Shown: positions 1 through 9,944 of the stretch, in pieces
How the letters are laid out: every line of letters begins with the position of its first letter
Numbering within the stretch: the first letter of the stretch is position 1
IMG/VR virus record: IMGVR_UViG_3300021255_003103
Location: 44,954 to 108,953 of that record
Reading direction: 5' to 3' (one strand)
DNA length: 64,000 bases
Source of the DNA: a virus
Lineage: Duplodnaviria; Heunggongvirae; Uroviricota; Caudoviricetes
Translations under genes and position numbers: made by a program
The notes under the pieces: generated by a model
Databases searched by the model: none
Seen by the model: the letters and a program-made list of their open reading frames with translations, nothing else
Told to the model about the DNA's origin: nothing

Positions 1-486
1 GGAGACTTTTCACTTGAACGTATGATACTGAATAATTCTGCGTTAGCTTCAGGAGCTGGTGGTTCATTATCTGATGTTTTTGGTTCAGGAACTGGTTATA
101 ACTTAACAGATGTAATGGGAGCATTATATGAAGTGCAGACATATAAAGCAATGTTTGATGTACCGTTGACATTCAATTATAATCCAAATTCACATAAACT
201 TGTAATACTTGGTGCATTAGGTCATTCAGATTTGATTTTACAATGTTTTACAAGATGTAAGATACAAGATTTATATAATAATTATTATTTCTTTAGATAT
301 TGTGTTGCACTGGGTATGAGAGGATTAGCAACAATTATAGGGTCATACGAATTTAAAATGCCAGGTAATGTAGCTATCAATTATCAAAGATTTCATGACA
401 TGGCAGTTGAAGAATTAGATAAGATAGACGAATATATAAGAACACAGCATTCAGCTGATTATTTCTTCAATAGTAATACTATATAA
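1..486 (+). CDS. Hypothetical protein, 5'-truncated at window edge (C-terminal ~161 aa)
   Basis: Open frame runs from nt 1 in frame 1 with no stop before 484-486, so the first Met in the ORF track is probably internal. Confidence 0.4.
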   Translation, partial: GDFSLERMILNNSALASGAGGSLSDVFGSGTGYNLTDVMGALYEVQTYKAMFDVPLTFNYNPNSHKLVILGALGHSDLILQCFTRCKIQDLYNNYYFFRYCVALGMRGLATIIGSYEFKMPGNVAINYQRFHDMAVEELDKIDEYIRTQHSADYFFNSNTI

Positions 487-500
487 TTAATAAGAAGAAT

Positions 501-740
501 ATGGATATAAAACAAAATTTAATATATAGAAGTGAAGAATTAAAACAATTTGAATTCTTAGGTGAAAACAAATATAATTATGCTAAAAATGGCATATTGA
601 ATAAAACATTACCTAAGATATTATTTAAAGGAAATTCTATTTTGGTGACATTCTTACAACTTATAGACTTAAGAATAATAATGTTATTAAAATATGTTGA
701 TCGATTAAAACGATTCAAATATATAACATGGTATGATTAA
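501..740 (+). CDS. Hypothetical small protein (79 aa)
   Basis: ATG-initiated ORF whose stop codon sits inside a downstream terminator hairpin. Confidence 0.4.
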   Translation: MDIKQNLIYRSEELKQFEFLGENKYNYAKNGILNKTLPKILFKGNSILVTFLQLIDLRIIMLLKYVDRLKRFKYITWYD

Positions 741-770
741 AGAGGTTCTCATGAACCTCTTTAATTTTCT
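739..770 (+). terminator. Intrinsic terminator hairpin (aaagaggtt..aacctcttt) with a weak T-rich tail
   Basis: 9-bp perfect inverted repeat directly after the ORF stop, followed by a T-rich run. Confidence 0.5.
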
Positions 771-872
771 TGTAATTAAATAAATTAAATTATTTTAATC
801 ATACTGAAGTTATGATATATAATAATATAAAATTATTTTTATATATAGTAAATAAACAATAAATCACACTTA

Positions 873-3800
873 ATGGAATTTGTAGATAACACTGGACATA
901 TTTTTAGTTTACCTTCATATAATGAAAAACCTATAGGATATGAATATGATGAATACTCATATATATTTTGGATAGATAGTAATAATACATCAAAACTATC
1001 TATAAATAATTTTTATTCTAAACCAATATATGCATTATATGAGTTAAATAAAAATTTTGATATTGAAGACTTACAAGATGATTATAATTCTGTATTAGAT
1101 ATTGAAATATATTTTTCAAATTCTAATATATATAAGTTGATTTCTTCGAATGAATTACAAAAATCAATATCAAAAGAAAATTTTAATTTAACTGATTATG
1201 TTGATCTTAATATATTTGAAAATAATAATGAAAAATATAGTTTCTTACGAGATAGATTAACAAATGAAGATCTTTATTGTATTAAGACAACAGAAATAAA
1301 ATCTGTTGAAAATGATACTGGAAGTGTTGAAATCAATTATCTTATGATTCCTATATATCCAATTGCTATGTCTAAAGAACCAGGCACTTGGATATCAAAC
1401 TTAATGATTCATATATATAATAAATCAAATAATACTGATGAATGGTGTTATATATCTGTAGGTGGAGAATTTATCGATGAATATGAAGAACTAATTATAA
1501 ATGGACGTAACATGGGTATATCTTTGCCTAAAGACATACTTAAGTCTATTTATTCTGAAAGTTTGTATAATGAAGAATATAATGAAGCATTATTTAATGA
1601 AAAAATGAAAGAGTATATGCTTAATTATATGAATATAAAAGGTAACATTGGTAATTTTAAATCTGCAATTAATTCATTAAAATGGTTTGGTTATGGAGAT
1701 AGAATAACAATATCGAAATTATTAAAAACTGATAATGAATTCAAACAACAATATGTATTAGATTATTTTGATATATCATATGACATAATTGAATCATTTA
1801 AGACATTTGTTGCTACTGCATTTATTTCATTAATGATAATGATTAATAAAGAAACAGATTACCAATATCCGTTTAATTTCAAAGATAGTGATGATAACTG
1901 GGATGATTTGTCATTAATATCTTTAGAAAGAAATATGAGTACAAAATCATTCTTTTATGGTGAAAACAAACCAAAATTATTATCTTTATTAGATTATTAT
2001 CAGAAAATCAAAATAGGTAATCATGATATGCCTATTGAAAATGATGATGAAAAATATTGGTATTGGAAACCTTATTTTGATTTTTCATTTAATGAACTGG
2101 GTGTAAAACTTGTATGTTTGTCATATTATTACAAGAAATATTTTCTACCAATACATTTAAATATACATTCAACATCATTAGGATATAGAGTATTTGCTAA
2201 TAATATAAAGTTAACAAATACATTACACATAATTGAAAATCAGCCTTCAATTATGCTAAATGATAAAAATGAAGTTATATTTAAAGGAAATGGCATACAT
2301 TATTTTACAAAGCAAATACATTATATTGATGAATATTTTAATGAATTTAACTTAAGTAATTTAGATATAGAGAATGATATAAGAGAATGGTATTATATTA
2401 ATGATACATGTGTAAATATTCCTATTAGCTTTAAGACAAATGAAGTTAACAAAGGATATTTTAACTGCGTGCTATTACTTCAAAAACAATCAAATAATGA
2501 AGTATTATATGAGTCACATTTTAATTTTAACCAAAACAATAATAAAATATATCATAATTTTATAATATATCCAAAGAAATTAAATGTTATAGTAAGTAAA
2601 AATAATGTAGAAACTAAATATTTTGAATATTGGGTTAATAATGACTTTAGAATTAATTTATTAGTCAATAATAAATGGTATACTTATGATTTTAAATTAA
2701 AGATACATAATCCAACTATTGATTTTGGAACTCTTAAATATCGTTATTATTTTAATGATCATAATTATCTATTTAGTAAAATTATAAATAATAATACAAA
2801 TAATATACATAATATTGTATTTTGTGGAACTGAAGATATTGATAAAATCCAAAATAAAAAAATTAACGAATATAAAGGATTATTCATAACACCAAATATA
2901 TTCAATAATTATATATTAGGTCTTCCTGAAAATTATACATGTTATTTATTAGATTCTACATTTATTAAAGAAAAAGATGAATATGACAATGATATTGATT
3001 TATCATGGTCTATTAACTGGGATTTTGAAACAGAAAATAAGACATGTTATTTATATGAGTACACAAATGATCCAGTATTAAATATAAATAATGCATCAAT
3101 ATATAATGAACAAATAAAATATATAAATATTGAAAATCAAACATTATTAATATGTCCAAATGACTGGGGAACACCATTATTTATAAAAAATGATTTATTA
3201 AAAATCAATGAATATATATATTATACATATAATTTAAATAATGTATCGTATAATGAATGGAATCAAAATACATGGATTCAATCATTCAATTTAAATGAAG
3301 CAGAACATATATATCAGTTTTTTAAAGAAAACTATAATTTATTATCACCATTCAAACAAATAAGACACATAGATAATGAACATAATCAGATTATGTTTAA
3401 TTCATATATGCATAATAAACAGTTAGTAAATATGAATGATGTTAATTTTGACATTAACTTTTCAATAATATTAAAATATCATTTAGATCATAATCTTCTT
3501 TATATTGATGGAACACTAACTGATGGAGAATTTTATCAATATATTATATATGAAGATACTATGGGTAATTCACATGAAGTATATATTCATAAAGACTTAA
3601 TAGGATATGATATTAGTTTCTTCCCAGATTATCTTAATGGTAATGATAAAGTCTTATTATGTGCATATCAAGGAAATATATTTATATTATCTGAAAATGC
3701 AGGAGATTCAAATAATGAAAATAACTATGAAATATTAAATATTAGTCAAGATGATCGAGATCTTTTATTTATTACAGAAGATACTAATGAATATTTGCAA

Positions 3801-6119
3801 TATGATACAATTGATATTAAATATGATTATTTAGATAATACATACAAAGAATATAATGAAAATGGACATATTATTCATACTTATGAAATATATGATAAAC
3901 TATATTCTAATACTGATAAAATATATTCAAAATATTCATCATTGGTAAACTTACCTAATAGTCCTAAATATAAAAATTCATTACATTTATTTGGTATTTA
4001 TAAAAAAGAGACAAAAGAATCTAATATATTAATATTTCATAATAATATTGATATGCATATTGATGGTCTTCGTTTTACTCATGGAATCACTAAAGATTTG
4101 AATGATGATGAACAATTGAAAATATATATACAAGGAACATTAGATTCTAACATTGATACTAGATATCCCGATACTTACGGATTATATTGGACTCACCCAT
4201 TATCTGATGGGTTTAAACCAATTTTGCCACAACAAGTAACTGAGATAAAAGATAGATTAGGATTTTATGTTAAACGTAATGCTAGACAACATTATGATCC
4301 ATTAATAGGACAATCACCAATAAATTTATGGGAAGTATCTAATTTGTATGAATATGATACTAATGAATTTACATATTATACAGAATATAAAGAAATATGC
4401 ATAGGATCTATTTATTATAAAACATTAGATGATTTTTATAATAATCGCCAGTTTAAGAATGATCTTTATAAAGAATATAGTGATATAAATATTTATTTAA
4501 AGAAAATTGGAGATGAAAACATATATTGTTTTGATGATACAGAAATAGTAGACTTAAATGATTTATCAAAACCTTATGCAAATAAATTAAGTTATTCAAT
4601 TTCATTTTTTGATGCTTTAGATAATAAAATAGAAAACGTAACATTAAATAAAATAGATAATATTGAATATAATAAGATAATGGTTACATTCTATTATAAT
4701 AAAACTCATATAGTTAGAAATAGATTCTATATACTTAGTGATTATATAAAATATTTGGATGAAAATAACATTAAGAATAATTCTGTTATTACTATAAAAG
4801 ATGATAAATATTATTTAATATTAGAAATTGATGATTCAGAGTATACAATAGAGCTTATTAAATATGACAATAAGTTTATGTATAAGAACTTAGAATATAA
4901 TCATTTAGTTTCTATACAAAATCCATCAATGTATTGGTATAATGCAGATAAGTTATCATTAGAATCATTACCATCATATTTGAATGAAATTGAAAGATAC
5001 GTATATAATGAAAATGATTCTTATGAAGACATTAAAGCAAGTTTAGATAAATATTTAATAGAATTTAATGGTAATAGATATGTTAATGATGAAGATATAT
5101 CAAGATATAGATTTAAGAATTATTTAGTAAAAGACTTAACTGGTATCATCGGTAAATATAGAATGGAATTTTTAACAAATATTCAAGCGTATGCTAGAAT
5201 GCATGTTGAAGTTATAGATGAAAATGGAAACATTAATAATTATATTGAACCAGGAACTAAGTTTGAATTTAATGGTAAAGAAAAGAAAATAACAATATTC
5301 ATATCTATTAATAGTAATCATAATATTAATTGGATTGATAGAAAAGATATATATGTTATTCCTAAATTTATTAAGATTGATGAATATGAGCAAAGATTAA
5401 AATATACACCATCAGATTATGGAAAATCTATTATTAACACAAAATATTTAAATAAAGAATTCCAATATGGTGATAATGAAAACAAAAAGACATATGACTT
5501 ATATAATGAATTCTTTAAGTTAAAATTTAATATATATGATTCATATTTTGATAATAAGACAATAAAAAATATATTATTGCATAGTGTATATGAATATGAT
5601 GAATCAATTAAGTTAAATACATATTTGAACTATGATTTTTATTTAATGCATGATGAACAATATTGGTATGGAATTTATATATCTCAAGAAACTTGCGATA
5701 AAATACGAAATAATGATGATCTTAAGTTAAATGATGATGATAAGAAAAAAATATTAAATAATAAATATATATTAAACTATGAAAAAAGTTCAGAGGAATA
5801 TTTATTAAATAGATTAGAGTTTAATACATCAAATGGGTTTAACCAATTTAAGAATGATGATATTATATGCTGTTATTTACATAATAATGATAGACTTCCA
5901 TTTAATTCACAAATAAGTTCAAAATGGAATATACATCCAATGTCATTAGGTATGTCAACAGATACACATTTTGATTCAAATGGTGAAATGACAATTATAT
6001 CATTACCTAAAAATGATTCAAAATATGAAAAAGGATATTATCAAGTAACTGTCAAATATTCATTAGATAGAGATATACAGCATCAATTTAAAAATACAAG
6101 TATACTTAAAATATCATAA
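873..6119 (+). CDS. Very large (1748 aa) Asn/Tyr/Ile-rich hypothetical protein, possibly a virion or tail component
   Basis: Uninterrupted 5.2 kb ORF with ATG start, followed by strong terminators; no recognisable catalytic motifs. Confidence 0.6.
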   Translation: MEFVDNTGHIFSLPSYNEKPIGYEYDEYSYIFWIDSNNTSKLSINNFYSKPIYALYELNKNFDIEDLQDDYNSVLDIEIYFSNSNIYKLISSNELQKSISKENFNLTDYVDLNIFENNNEKYSFLRDRLTNEDLYCIKTTEIKSVENDTGSVEINYLMIPIYPIAMSKEPGTWISNLMIHIYNKSNNTDEWCYISVGGEFIDEYEELIINGRNMGISLPKDILKSIYSESLYNEEYNEALFNEKMKEYMLNYMNIKGNIGNFKSAINSLKWFGYGDRITISKLLKTDNEFKQQYVLDYFDISYDIIESFKTFVATAFISLMIMINKETDYQYPFNFKDSDDNWDDLSLISLERNMSTKSFFYGENKPKLLSLLDYYQKIKIGNHDMPIENDDEKYWYWKPYFDFSFNELGVKLVCLSYYYKKYFLPIHLNIHSTSLGYRVFANNIKLTNTLHIIENQPSIMLNDKNEVIFKGNGIHYFTKQIHYIDEYFNEFNLSNLDIENDIREWYYINDTCVNIPISFKTNEVNKGYFNCVLLLQKQSNNEVLYESHFNFNQNNNKIYHNFIIYPKKLNVIVSKNNVETKYFEYWVNNDFRINLLVNNKWYTYDFKLKIHNPTIDFGTLKYRYYFNDHNYLFSKIINNNTNNIHNIVFCGTEDIDKIQNKKINEYKGLFITPNIFNNYILGLPENYTCYLLDSTFIKEKDEYDNDIDLSWSINWDFETENKTCYLYEYTNDPVLNINNASIYNEQIKYINIENQTLLICPNDWGTPLFIKNDLLKINEYIYYTYNLNNVSYNEWNQNTWIQSFNLNEAEHIYQFFKENYNLLSPFKQIRHIDNEHNQIMFNSYMHNKQLVNMNDVNFDINFSIILKYHLDHNLLYIDGTLTDGEFYQYIIYEDTMGNSHEVYIHKDLIGYDISFFPDYLNGNDKVLLCAYQGNIFILSENAGDSNNENNYEILNISQDDRDLLFITEDTNEYLQYDTIDIKYDYLDNTYKEYNENGHIIHTYEIYDKLYSNTDKIYSKYSSLVNLPNSPKYKNSLHLFGIYKKETKESNILIFHNNIDMHIDGLRFTHGITKDLNDDEQLKIYIQGTLDSNIDTRYPDTYGLYWTHPLSDGFKPILPQQVTEIKDRLGFYVKRNARQHYDPLIGQSPINLWEVSNLYEYDTNEFTYYTEYKEICIGSIYYKTLDDFYNNRQFKNDLYKEYSDINIYLKKIGDENIYCFDDTEIVDLNDLSKPYANKLSYSISFFDALDNKIENVTLNKIDNIEYNKIMVTFYYNKTHIVRNRFYILSDYIKYLDENNIKNNSVITIKDDKYYLILEIDDSEYTIELIKYDNKFMYKNLEYNHLVSIQNPSMYWYNADKLSLESLPSYLNEIERYVYNENDSYEDIKASLDKYLIEFNGNRYVNDEDISRYRFKNYLVKDLTGIIGKYRMEFLTNIQAYARMHVEVIDENGNINNYIEPGTKFEFNGKEKKITIFISINSNHNINWIDRKDIYVIPKFIKIDEYEQRLKYTPSDYGKSIINTKYLNKEFQYGDNENKKTYDLYNEFFKLKFNIYDSYFDNKTIKNILLHSVYEYDESIKLNTYLNYDFYLMHDEQYWYGIYISQETCDKIRNNDDLKLNDDDKKKILNNKYILNYEKSSEEYLLNRLEFNTSNGFNQFKNDDIICCYLHNNDRLPFNSQISSKWNIHPMSLGMSTDTHFDSNGEMTIISLPKNDSKYEKGYYQVTVKYSLDRDIQHQFKNTSILKIS

Positions 6120-6122
6120 ATC

Positions 6123-6151
6123 AGAGTAGCTTCGGCTACTCTTTTATTTTT
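6123..6151 (+). terminator. Intrinsic terminator (agagtagc-ttcg-gctactct + TTTTATTTTT)
   Basis: Perfect 8-bp stem with UUCG tetraloop and T-run, 3 nt after the stop of the 1748-aa ORF. Confidence 0.8.
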
Positions 6152-6225
6152 AATTATATGGAAATTATTACTTAGCCAAATATAATTGGACTAAGGTAGA
6201 ACAATAATTTATACAATACAAATAA

Positions 6226-6256
6226 GAGAGTAGCTTCGGCTACTCCTTTTTATTAT
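6226..6256 (+). terminator. Second near-identical intrinsic terminator (gagtagc-ttcg-gctactc + TTTTTATT)
   Basis: Same stem/loop as the 6123 hairpin, about 100 nt downstream. Confidence 0.75.
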
Positions 6257-6284
6257 TTTTAAATATAGATTTTAATAAAGATTT

Positions 6285-6698
6285 ATGATATCATTAAAAG
6301 ACTACATAATTAACGAATCGAAAGAAGACTATGTAAACTCTTTCGCAATATTAAAACCAGGATTTTTAGAACATGAAGAAGCTTGGCTTAAAATGTTAGA
6401 AGATGATGAATGGGATATATTAGACAAAAAGAAATTAACATTATCTAAAGAGCAAGCTGAACAATTATATATGATGCATAAAGGAAAAGACTTTTATGAT
6501 GATCTTGTTGAATATATGTCATCTGGAGAATGTTTATGCGTAAAATGCTATAAGGAATGCGAAGATCCAATTGAAGAAATGGATTCACTTAAAGATAAAG
6601 TTAGAGACACATGGGGAAAGAACGATATGAAAAATGCTATGCATAGTTCTGACTCAATTGAAAATGTAAAACGAGAGACACACATAGTTTTCAAATAG
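6285..6698 (+). CDS. ndk: Nucleoside diphosphate kinase with N-terminal MISLKDYIINES tag (CTS-like family member)
   Basis: NDK motifs are present: FAILKPG (cf. F-I-A-I-KPDG), LVEYMSSGECLCV (cf. L-V-x-YM-SGPVVA) and the active-site H in MHSSDS (cf. IHGSDS). The N-terminus matches the MK-x-L-x-x-YILES family tag. Confidence 0.75.
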   Translation: MISLKDYIINESKEDYVNSFAILKPGFLEHEEAWLKMLEDDEWDILDKKKLTLSKEQAEQLYMMHKGKDFYDDLVEYMSSGECLCVKCYKECEDPIEEMDSLKDKVRDTWGKNDMKNAMHSSDSIENVKRETHIVFK

Positions 6699-6730
6699 TA
6701 TAATGTATAAAAATATATAATATTTGATAA

Positions 6731-6880
6731 ATGATAACAGATTTATGTGGAAATTGCAAATTTTTTAATGAACGTCAACAAATGATAAATGGGAGTTACA
6801 TGTGTGATTATCATATGTTAACAACACTACCAACAAATTTAGGATGTTATAAGATACAATTTAATAAAAAATCAATATAA
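6731..6880 (+). CDS. Small Cys-rich protein (49 aa; CGNC...C), member of a 3-copy small CxxC family
   Basis: Hand translation gives MITDLCGNCKFFNERQQMINGSYMCDYH...; it shares the CxxC-(F/Y)-x(~14)-C pattern with ORFs 59150..59377(-) and 62777..63007(-). Below the 60-aa ORF-track cutoff. Confidence 0.35.
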   Translation: MITDLCGNCKFFNERQQMINGSYMCDYHMLTTLPTNLGCYKIQFNKKSI

Positions 6881-6894
6881 TATATAAAAAATAA

Positions 6895-6926
6895 TCCAGA
6901 AATTTGAATAATTTCTGGATTTTTCT
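6895..6926 (+). terminator. Intrinsic terminator (tccagaaat..atttctgga + TTTTTCT)
   Basis: 9-bp inverted repeat followed by a T-run. Confidence 0.6.
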
Positions 6927-6961
6927 ATATTATATTTATAATTTAACAAACAATATATAAT

Positions 6962-7339
6962 ATGAATAAGATCACAGAACAGCTTGCAACAATTTTCAAT
7001 GATAATCAAATTCAGGCTATGAAGGATGCCTGGAGATATGGACAGTGGGGAGACTGTGAAATTTCATTCAATGGAGATGATGAAGATTCTTGGGCACTCG
7101 GAGCATGTACTAATGACATCAAGAAAGGTAAGAATTTCAATGGTCGACAGATTTCTGGAATTATGAGTGGTATTTCCAAGAAGATTGCTGAAACCAAGAC
7201 AAACATGGTTGAGAATATTCCTGATTGGTGGGGAGATGGTTCTGGTGATATGATTTTCTTCAATTATGGAGTATTTGGGCTTGGTGATTCAACTGTTGCA
7301 TGGAATGCTTTTGATGAATGGTCTAAGTCTAACGATTAA
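6962..7339 (+). CDS. Hypothetical protein (125 aa; Trp/Gly/Asp-rich) with higher GC than surrounding genes
   Basis: ATG ORF; codon usage shifts to G/C-ending codons relative to its neighbours. Confidence 0.5.
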   Translation: MNKITEQLATIFNDNQIQAMKDAWRYGQWGDCEISFNGDDEDSWALGACTNDIKKGKNFNGRQISGIMSGISKKIAETKTNMVENIPDWWGDGSGDMIFFNYGVFGLGDSTVAWNAFDEWSKSND

Positions 7340-7348
7340 ATAATTTAT

Positions 7349-8011
7349 ATGACACCAAATAAGTTCCTTAGTATAGTTTTTTGCGGTGCAATATGTTATC
7401 AGTTGTTCTGTGTAAGTTTCATGGCAGCTGAAAACAATACAAATTTTATGAAAACAAATAAGTGTTCAAATAATTCTATAAGTTCAAAAATTCATGAACT
7501 TGGTGAAAATATTGAACATCTTAATCGTCCTAAAAAGTATAAGTTATCAAAAACAGGTAAAGATTATATTAAGTCACATGAGACTTGTGTACTTCATGCA
7601 TATAATGATCCAGATCCAAATAGACGTTCTGTTGGATGGGGACATCAAATACAACCTGGAGAAAAGTTAGAACATATAACCCAAAAGAAAGCAGATGAGT
7701 TATTTGAAAAAGATATTGAATGGGTTAATGATGCTATTAATAGATTGATATCACAGAATGATAAAAGATTCATATATACACAAGGATTTATTGATGGACT
7801 TGGTGATATGATATATAACTGTGGTGAACGTGGTGTTACATTAACAGTATTCTGGGAACGTTGGCAACGATGTAGATATGACAAGAATGAACCAGGATAT
7901 ATAAATAAAAATGATTTGAATTTTACTATTGCAGGAATTAAGACATCTAGAATATCTGCTCCTGGACATATTGAACGTAGATATAATACTCATAAGATGA
8001 TGCTAGATTGA
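7349..8011 (+). CDS. Endolysin, GH24 (T4-lysozyme-like) with an N-terminal signal-arrest-release-like hydrophobic segment
   Basis: Catalytic spacing E-x8-D-x5-S/T sits in HETCVLHAYNDPDPNRRSVGWGH, aligning with the T4 lysozyme E11..D20..T26 region and its GIGH block. The N-terminal segment FLSIVFCGAICYQLFCVSFMAA is weakly hydrophobic and Gly/Ala-rich, as in SAR domains. Confidence 0.7.
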   Translation: MTPNKFLSIVFCGAICYQLFCVSFMAAENNTNFMKTNKCSNNSISSKIHELGENIEHLNRPKKYKLSKTGKDYIKSHETCVLHAYNDPDPNRRSVGWGHQIQPGEKLEHITQKKADELFEKDIEWVNDAINRLISQNDKRFIYTQGFIDGLGDMIYNCGERGVTLTVFWERWQRCRYDKNEPGYINKNDLNFTIAGIKTSRISAPGHIERRYNTHKMMLD

Positions 8012-8051
8012 TAAATAATTTTTCTATATTTATAGTATTAAAATTTTAAAT

Positions 8052-8468
8052 ATGAAGGAAAAATTTGCTGAAATATTTGTAGTAAGTTTGTTTATCTTAA
8101 TATTTGGGTTTTGTTTATACTTAATTTTTGGAAAAGCTCTTCAACCTAAAGATTTATTAGTTAAAGAGACTAAAGATTATCTTTATTATAAAGAGTATAC
8201 TTTATATGGAAAAGATTCTGCAATATATAAATATCATAAGCCAATAGTTTATAATGGAATTATTTCTAAAAAAGAACGAAGTTCGCATTGGGTAGGCCCG
8301 TACGGTAAGGGTGGTCATATGAAGCGTTATTATAAAATAATAATTTCTTATCATAATAAGACAGTTAAAGAAACCAGTCGTCAGATGTATAATGATGTTG
8401 AGGAAGGACAGCATATAAAAGTTATTGAAACATTTTATCCAGTATATAAAATTACATATGAATATTAA
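8052..8468 (+). CDS. Small membrane protein (single N-terminal TM); holin/spanin candidate
   Basis: TM helix FAEIFVVSLFILIFGFCLYLIFG immediately downstream of the endolysin. Confidence 0.45.
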   Translation: MKEKFAEIFVVSLFILIFGFCLYLIFGKALQPKDLLVKETKDYLYYKEYTLYGKDSAIYKYHKPIVYNGIISKKERSSHWVGPYGKGGHMKRYYKIIISYHNKTVKETSRQMYNDVEEGQHIKVIETFYPVYKITYEY

Positions 8469-8481
8469 TAAAATATTAAAT

Positions 8482-8841
8482 ATGAGTTGGATTAAGAAAC
8501 ATTTGTTTTTAATTATAATGACAATTATAGTTTCAATTATGCCTTTATGGGTAATTGCTGAAATAATACATTATAATTGTGAACAAGATAGCAAGGTATA
8601 TGTAGAATGGACTGTATATGATGGTTTTTCTCCAAGACGATATTCAGGTACTTATGATATGAAAGGCTCTGAATTTGAAATACAAAACTATTGGCAATCA
8701 GCTGGTAAATATCAAGGTTCATATAGAGTAGTTCGTATTGTAGATAAAGATGTACGGGGTTCATATATTGGTAAACAAAGCGTATGTATTTATACAGGTA
8801 TGAATGATGTAGAAGTTAATGCAATTAAAATTATTAAATAA
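8482..8841 (+). CDS. Small membrane protein (single N-terminal TM); holin/spanin candidate
   Basis: The ORF-track start at 8425 is a TTG. The first in-frame ATG after the upstream stop is at 8482 and gives MSWIKKHLFLIIMTIIVSIMPLWVIAEII (TM helix). Confidence 0.45.
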   Translation: MSWIKKHLFLIIMTIIVSIMPLWVIAEIIHYNCEQDSKVYVEWTVYDGFSPRRYSGTYDMKGSEFEIQNYWQSAGKYQGSYRVVRIVDKDVRGSYIGKQSVCIYTGMNDVEVNAIKIIK

Positions 8842-8844
8842 GAT

Positions 8845-9135
8845 ATGGAATTGACACAGAATATTAAAGATAAGATTAACAGTTATGTTCAAAATCATTC
8901 TAAAGCAGAAGTCAAAGAAGCTTTTGAAAAGATAGGATTGAATTTTGATGATACTGAAAAGGAACCTGATTATGACGAATTGAATCTTCATGATGCATTG
9001 AAGAAACTTCATAAAGAAATCAAAAAATATGGAGAGTATCTTGAGCAATCAACATATCGTCCTTATGACAAAGTACAAGATTTTGAAAGAACATTGAACA
9101 GGATCATTAAGAAACATTGGCCTTATGAACTATAA
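8845..9135 (+). CDS. Hypothetical protein (96 aa)
   Basis: ATG ORF tightly packed after the lysis genes. Confidence 0.4.
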   Translation: MELTQNIKDKINSYVQNHSKAEVKEAFEKIGLNFDDTEKEPDYDELNLHDALKKLHKEIKKYGEYLEQSTYRPYDKVQDFERTLNRIIKKHWPYEL

Positions 9136-9397
9136 AATACGTTTTGAGATTTTTTATTTAGATGGTTCTTCTAGATTTAGTGATACTAAAATTGAAACTA
9201 AAGGAAAGAGCAAGAAAATATTAAGAGCCCATATTAAAGATTATATAAAGAATACCTTTGTTTATGAAAGAGAAAATCATCCTGTTGATATTCATATAGT
9301 AAGAATAGAACGTATTGATGAATTGAATATTAATAACGTATGGAGTAAAGACGGTAGAAAATCATTTATTGATAAGTGTAATTACTTAATAAATTAA
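9125..9397 (+). CDS. Hypothetical protein (90 aa)
   Basis: ATG ORF overlapping the previous stop by 11 nt. Confidence 0.4.
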   Translation: MNYKIRFEIFYLDGSSRFSDTKIETKGKSKKILRAHIKDYIKNTFVYERENHPVDIHIVRIERIDELNINNVWSKDGRKSFIDKCNYLIN

Positions 9398-9400
9398 AAT

Positions 9401-9679
9401 ATGGATAAAGAATTGAAAAATAGATTGTTTAATTTAATCAATCCATTGTATAATATGGTTGATGCATTTGATATGCTATTAACTGAAATTAAATCATTAG
9501 AAGCAGAAAACAGAAAGCTTAAAGAACGATTATCTTTGTATGAAAAATCTTTAGAAGACAACGCAAAAGCTAGTGGAGAAGCTATGCATCATTTTATTTC
9601 AGCATGTATTGAAGGTAGAATTAAAGTAGAAGATAATAAAACAATTATAGAGCATGAAGCACCTTGCAGTTCCAAGTAA
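9401..9679 (+). CDS. Hypothetical coiled-coil protein (92 aa)
   Basis: ATG ORF. Confidence 0.4.
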   Translation: MDKELKNRLFNLINPLYNMVDAFDMLLTEIKSLEAENRKLKERLSLYEKSLEDNAKASGEAMHHFISACIEGRIKVEDNKTIIEHEAPCSSK

Positions 9680-9881
9680 TAATTATTATGAATTAGAAAA
9701 TGGAAGTATAATATGTTTAGATTATATTGTTGCAATTAATCCTACAGATTTAGAAAATTATACAACGTATGAAATTATATTTCCAAATTATAAATTAACA
9801 ATTAGTGATGTTGTTTATGATGATATTGTAAGCATAATGAAAGATTACGCAAATTCATTTCGTGTACAGAAAACATATTAA
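9654..9881 (+). CDS. Hypothetical protein (75 aa)
   Basis: ATG ORF overlapping the upstream gene by 26 nt in another frame. Confidence 0.35.
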   Translation: MKHLAVPSNNYYELENGSIICLDYIVAINPTDLENYTTYEIIFPNYKLTISDVVYDDIVSIMKDYANSFRVQKTY

Positions 9882-9944
9882 AGTAAGCATTATTTTGCTT
9901 ACTTTTTTATTTTTATATATAATAAATATGTAGTTATTAATTTA

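Noticed and set aside
4453-5393. Minus-strand ORFs 4453..4644 and 5172..5393 inside the 1748-aa gene, and other short antisense ORFs embedded in long plus-strand genes (7012..7263, 7645..7884, 8202..8414, 8537..9048, 10373..11512, 13853..14062, 14732..14938, 16298..16558, 21996..22232, 23067..23273, 24515..24823, 27253..27588, 27737..27928, 28482..28727, 36833..37201, 40207..40921, 45781..45996, 46510..46701, 47029..47232, 47415..47627, 48070..48429)
   Set aside because: AT-rich sequence gives long spurious antisense frames. Each is fully embedded in, or contradicts, a longer and better-supported gene, and none has a distinctive domain.
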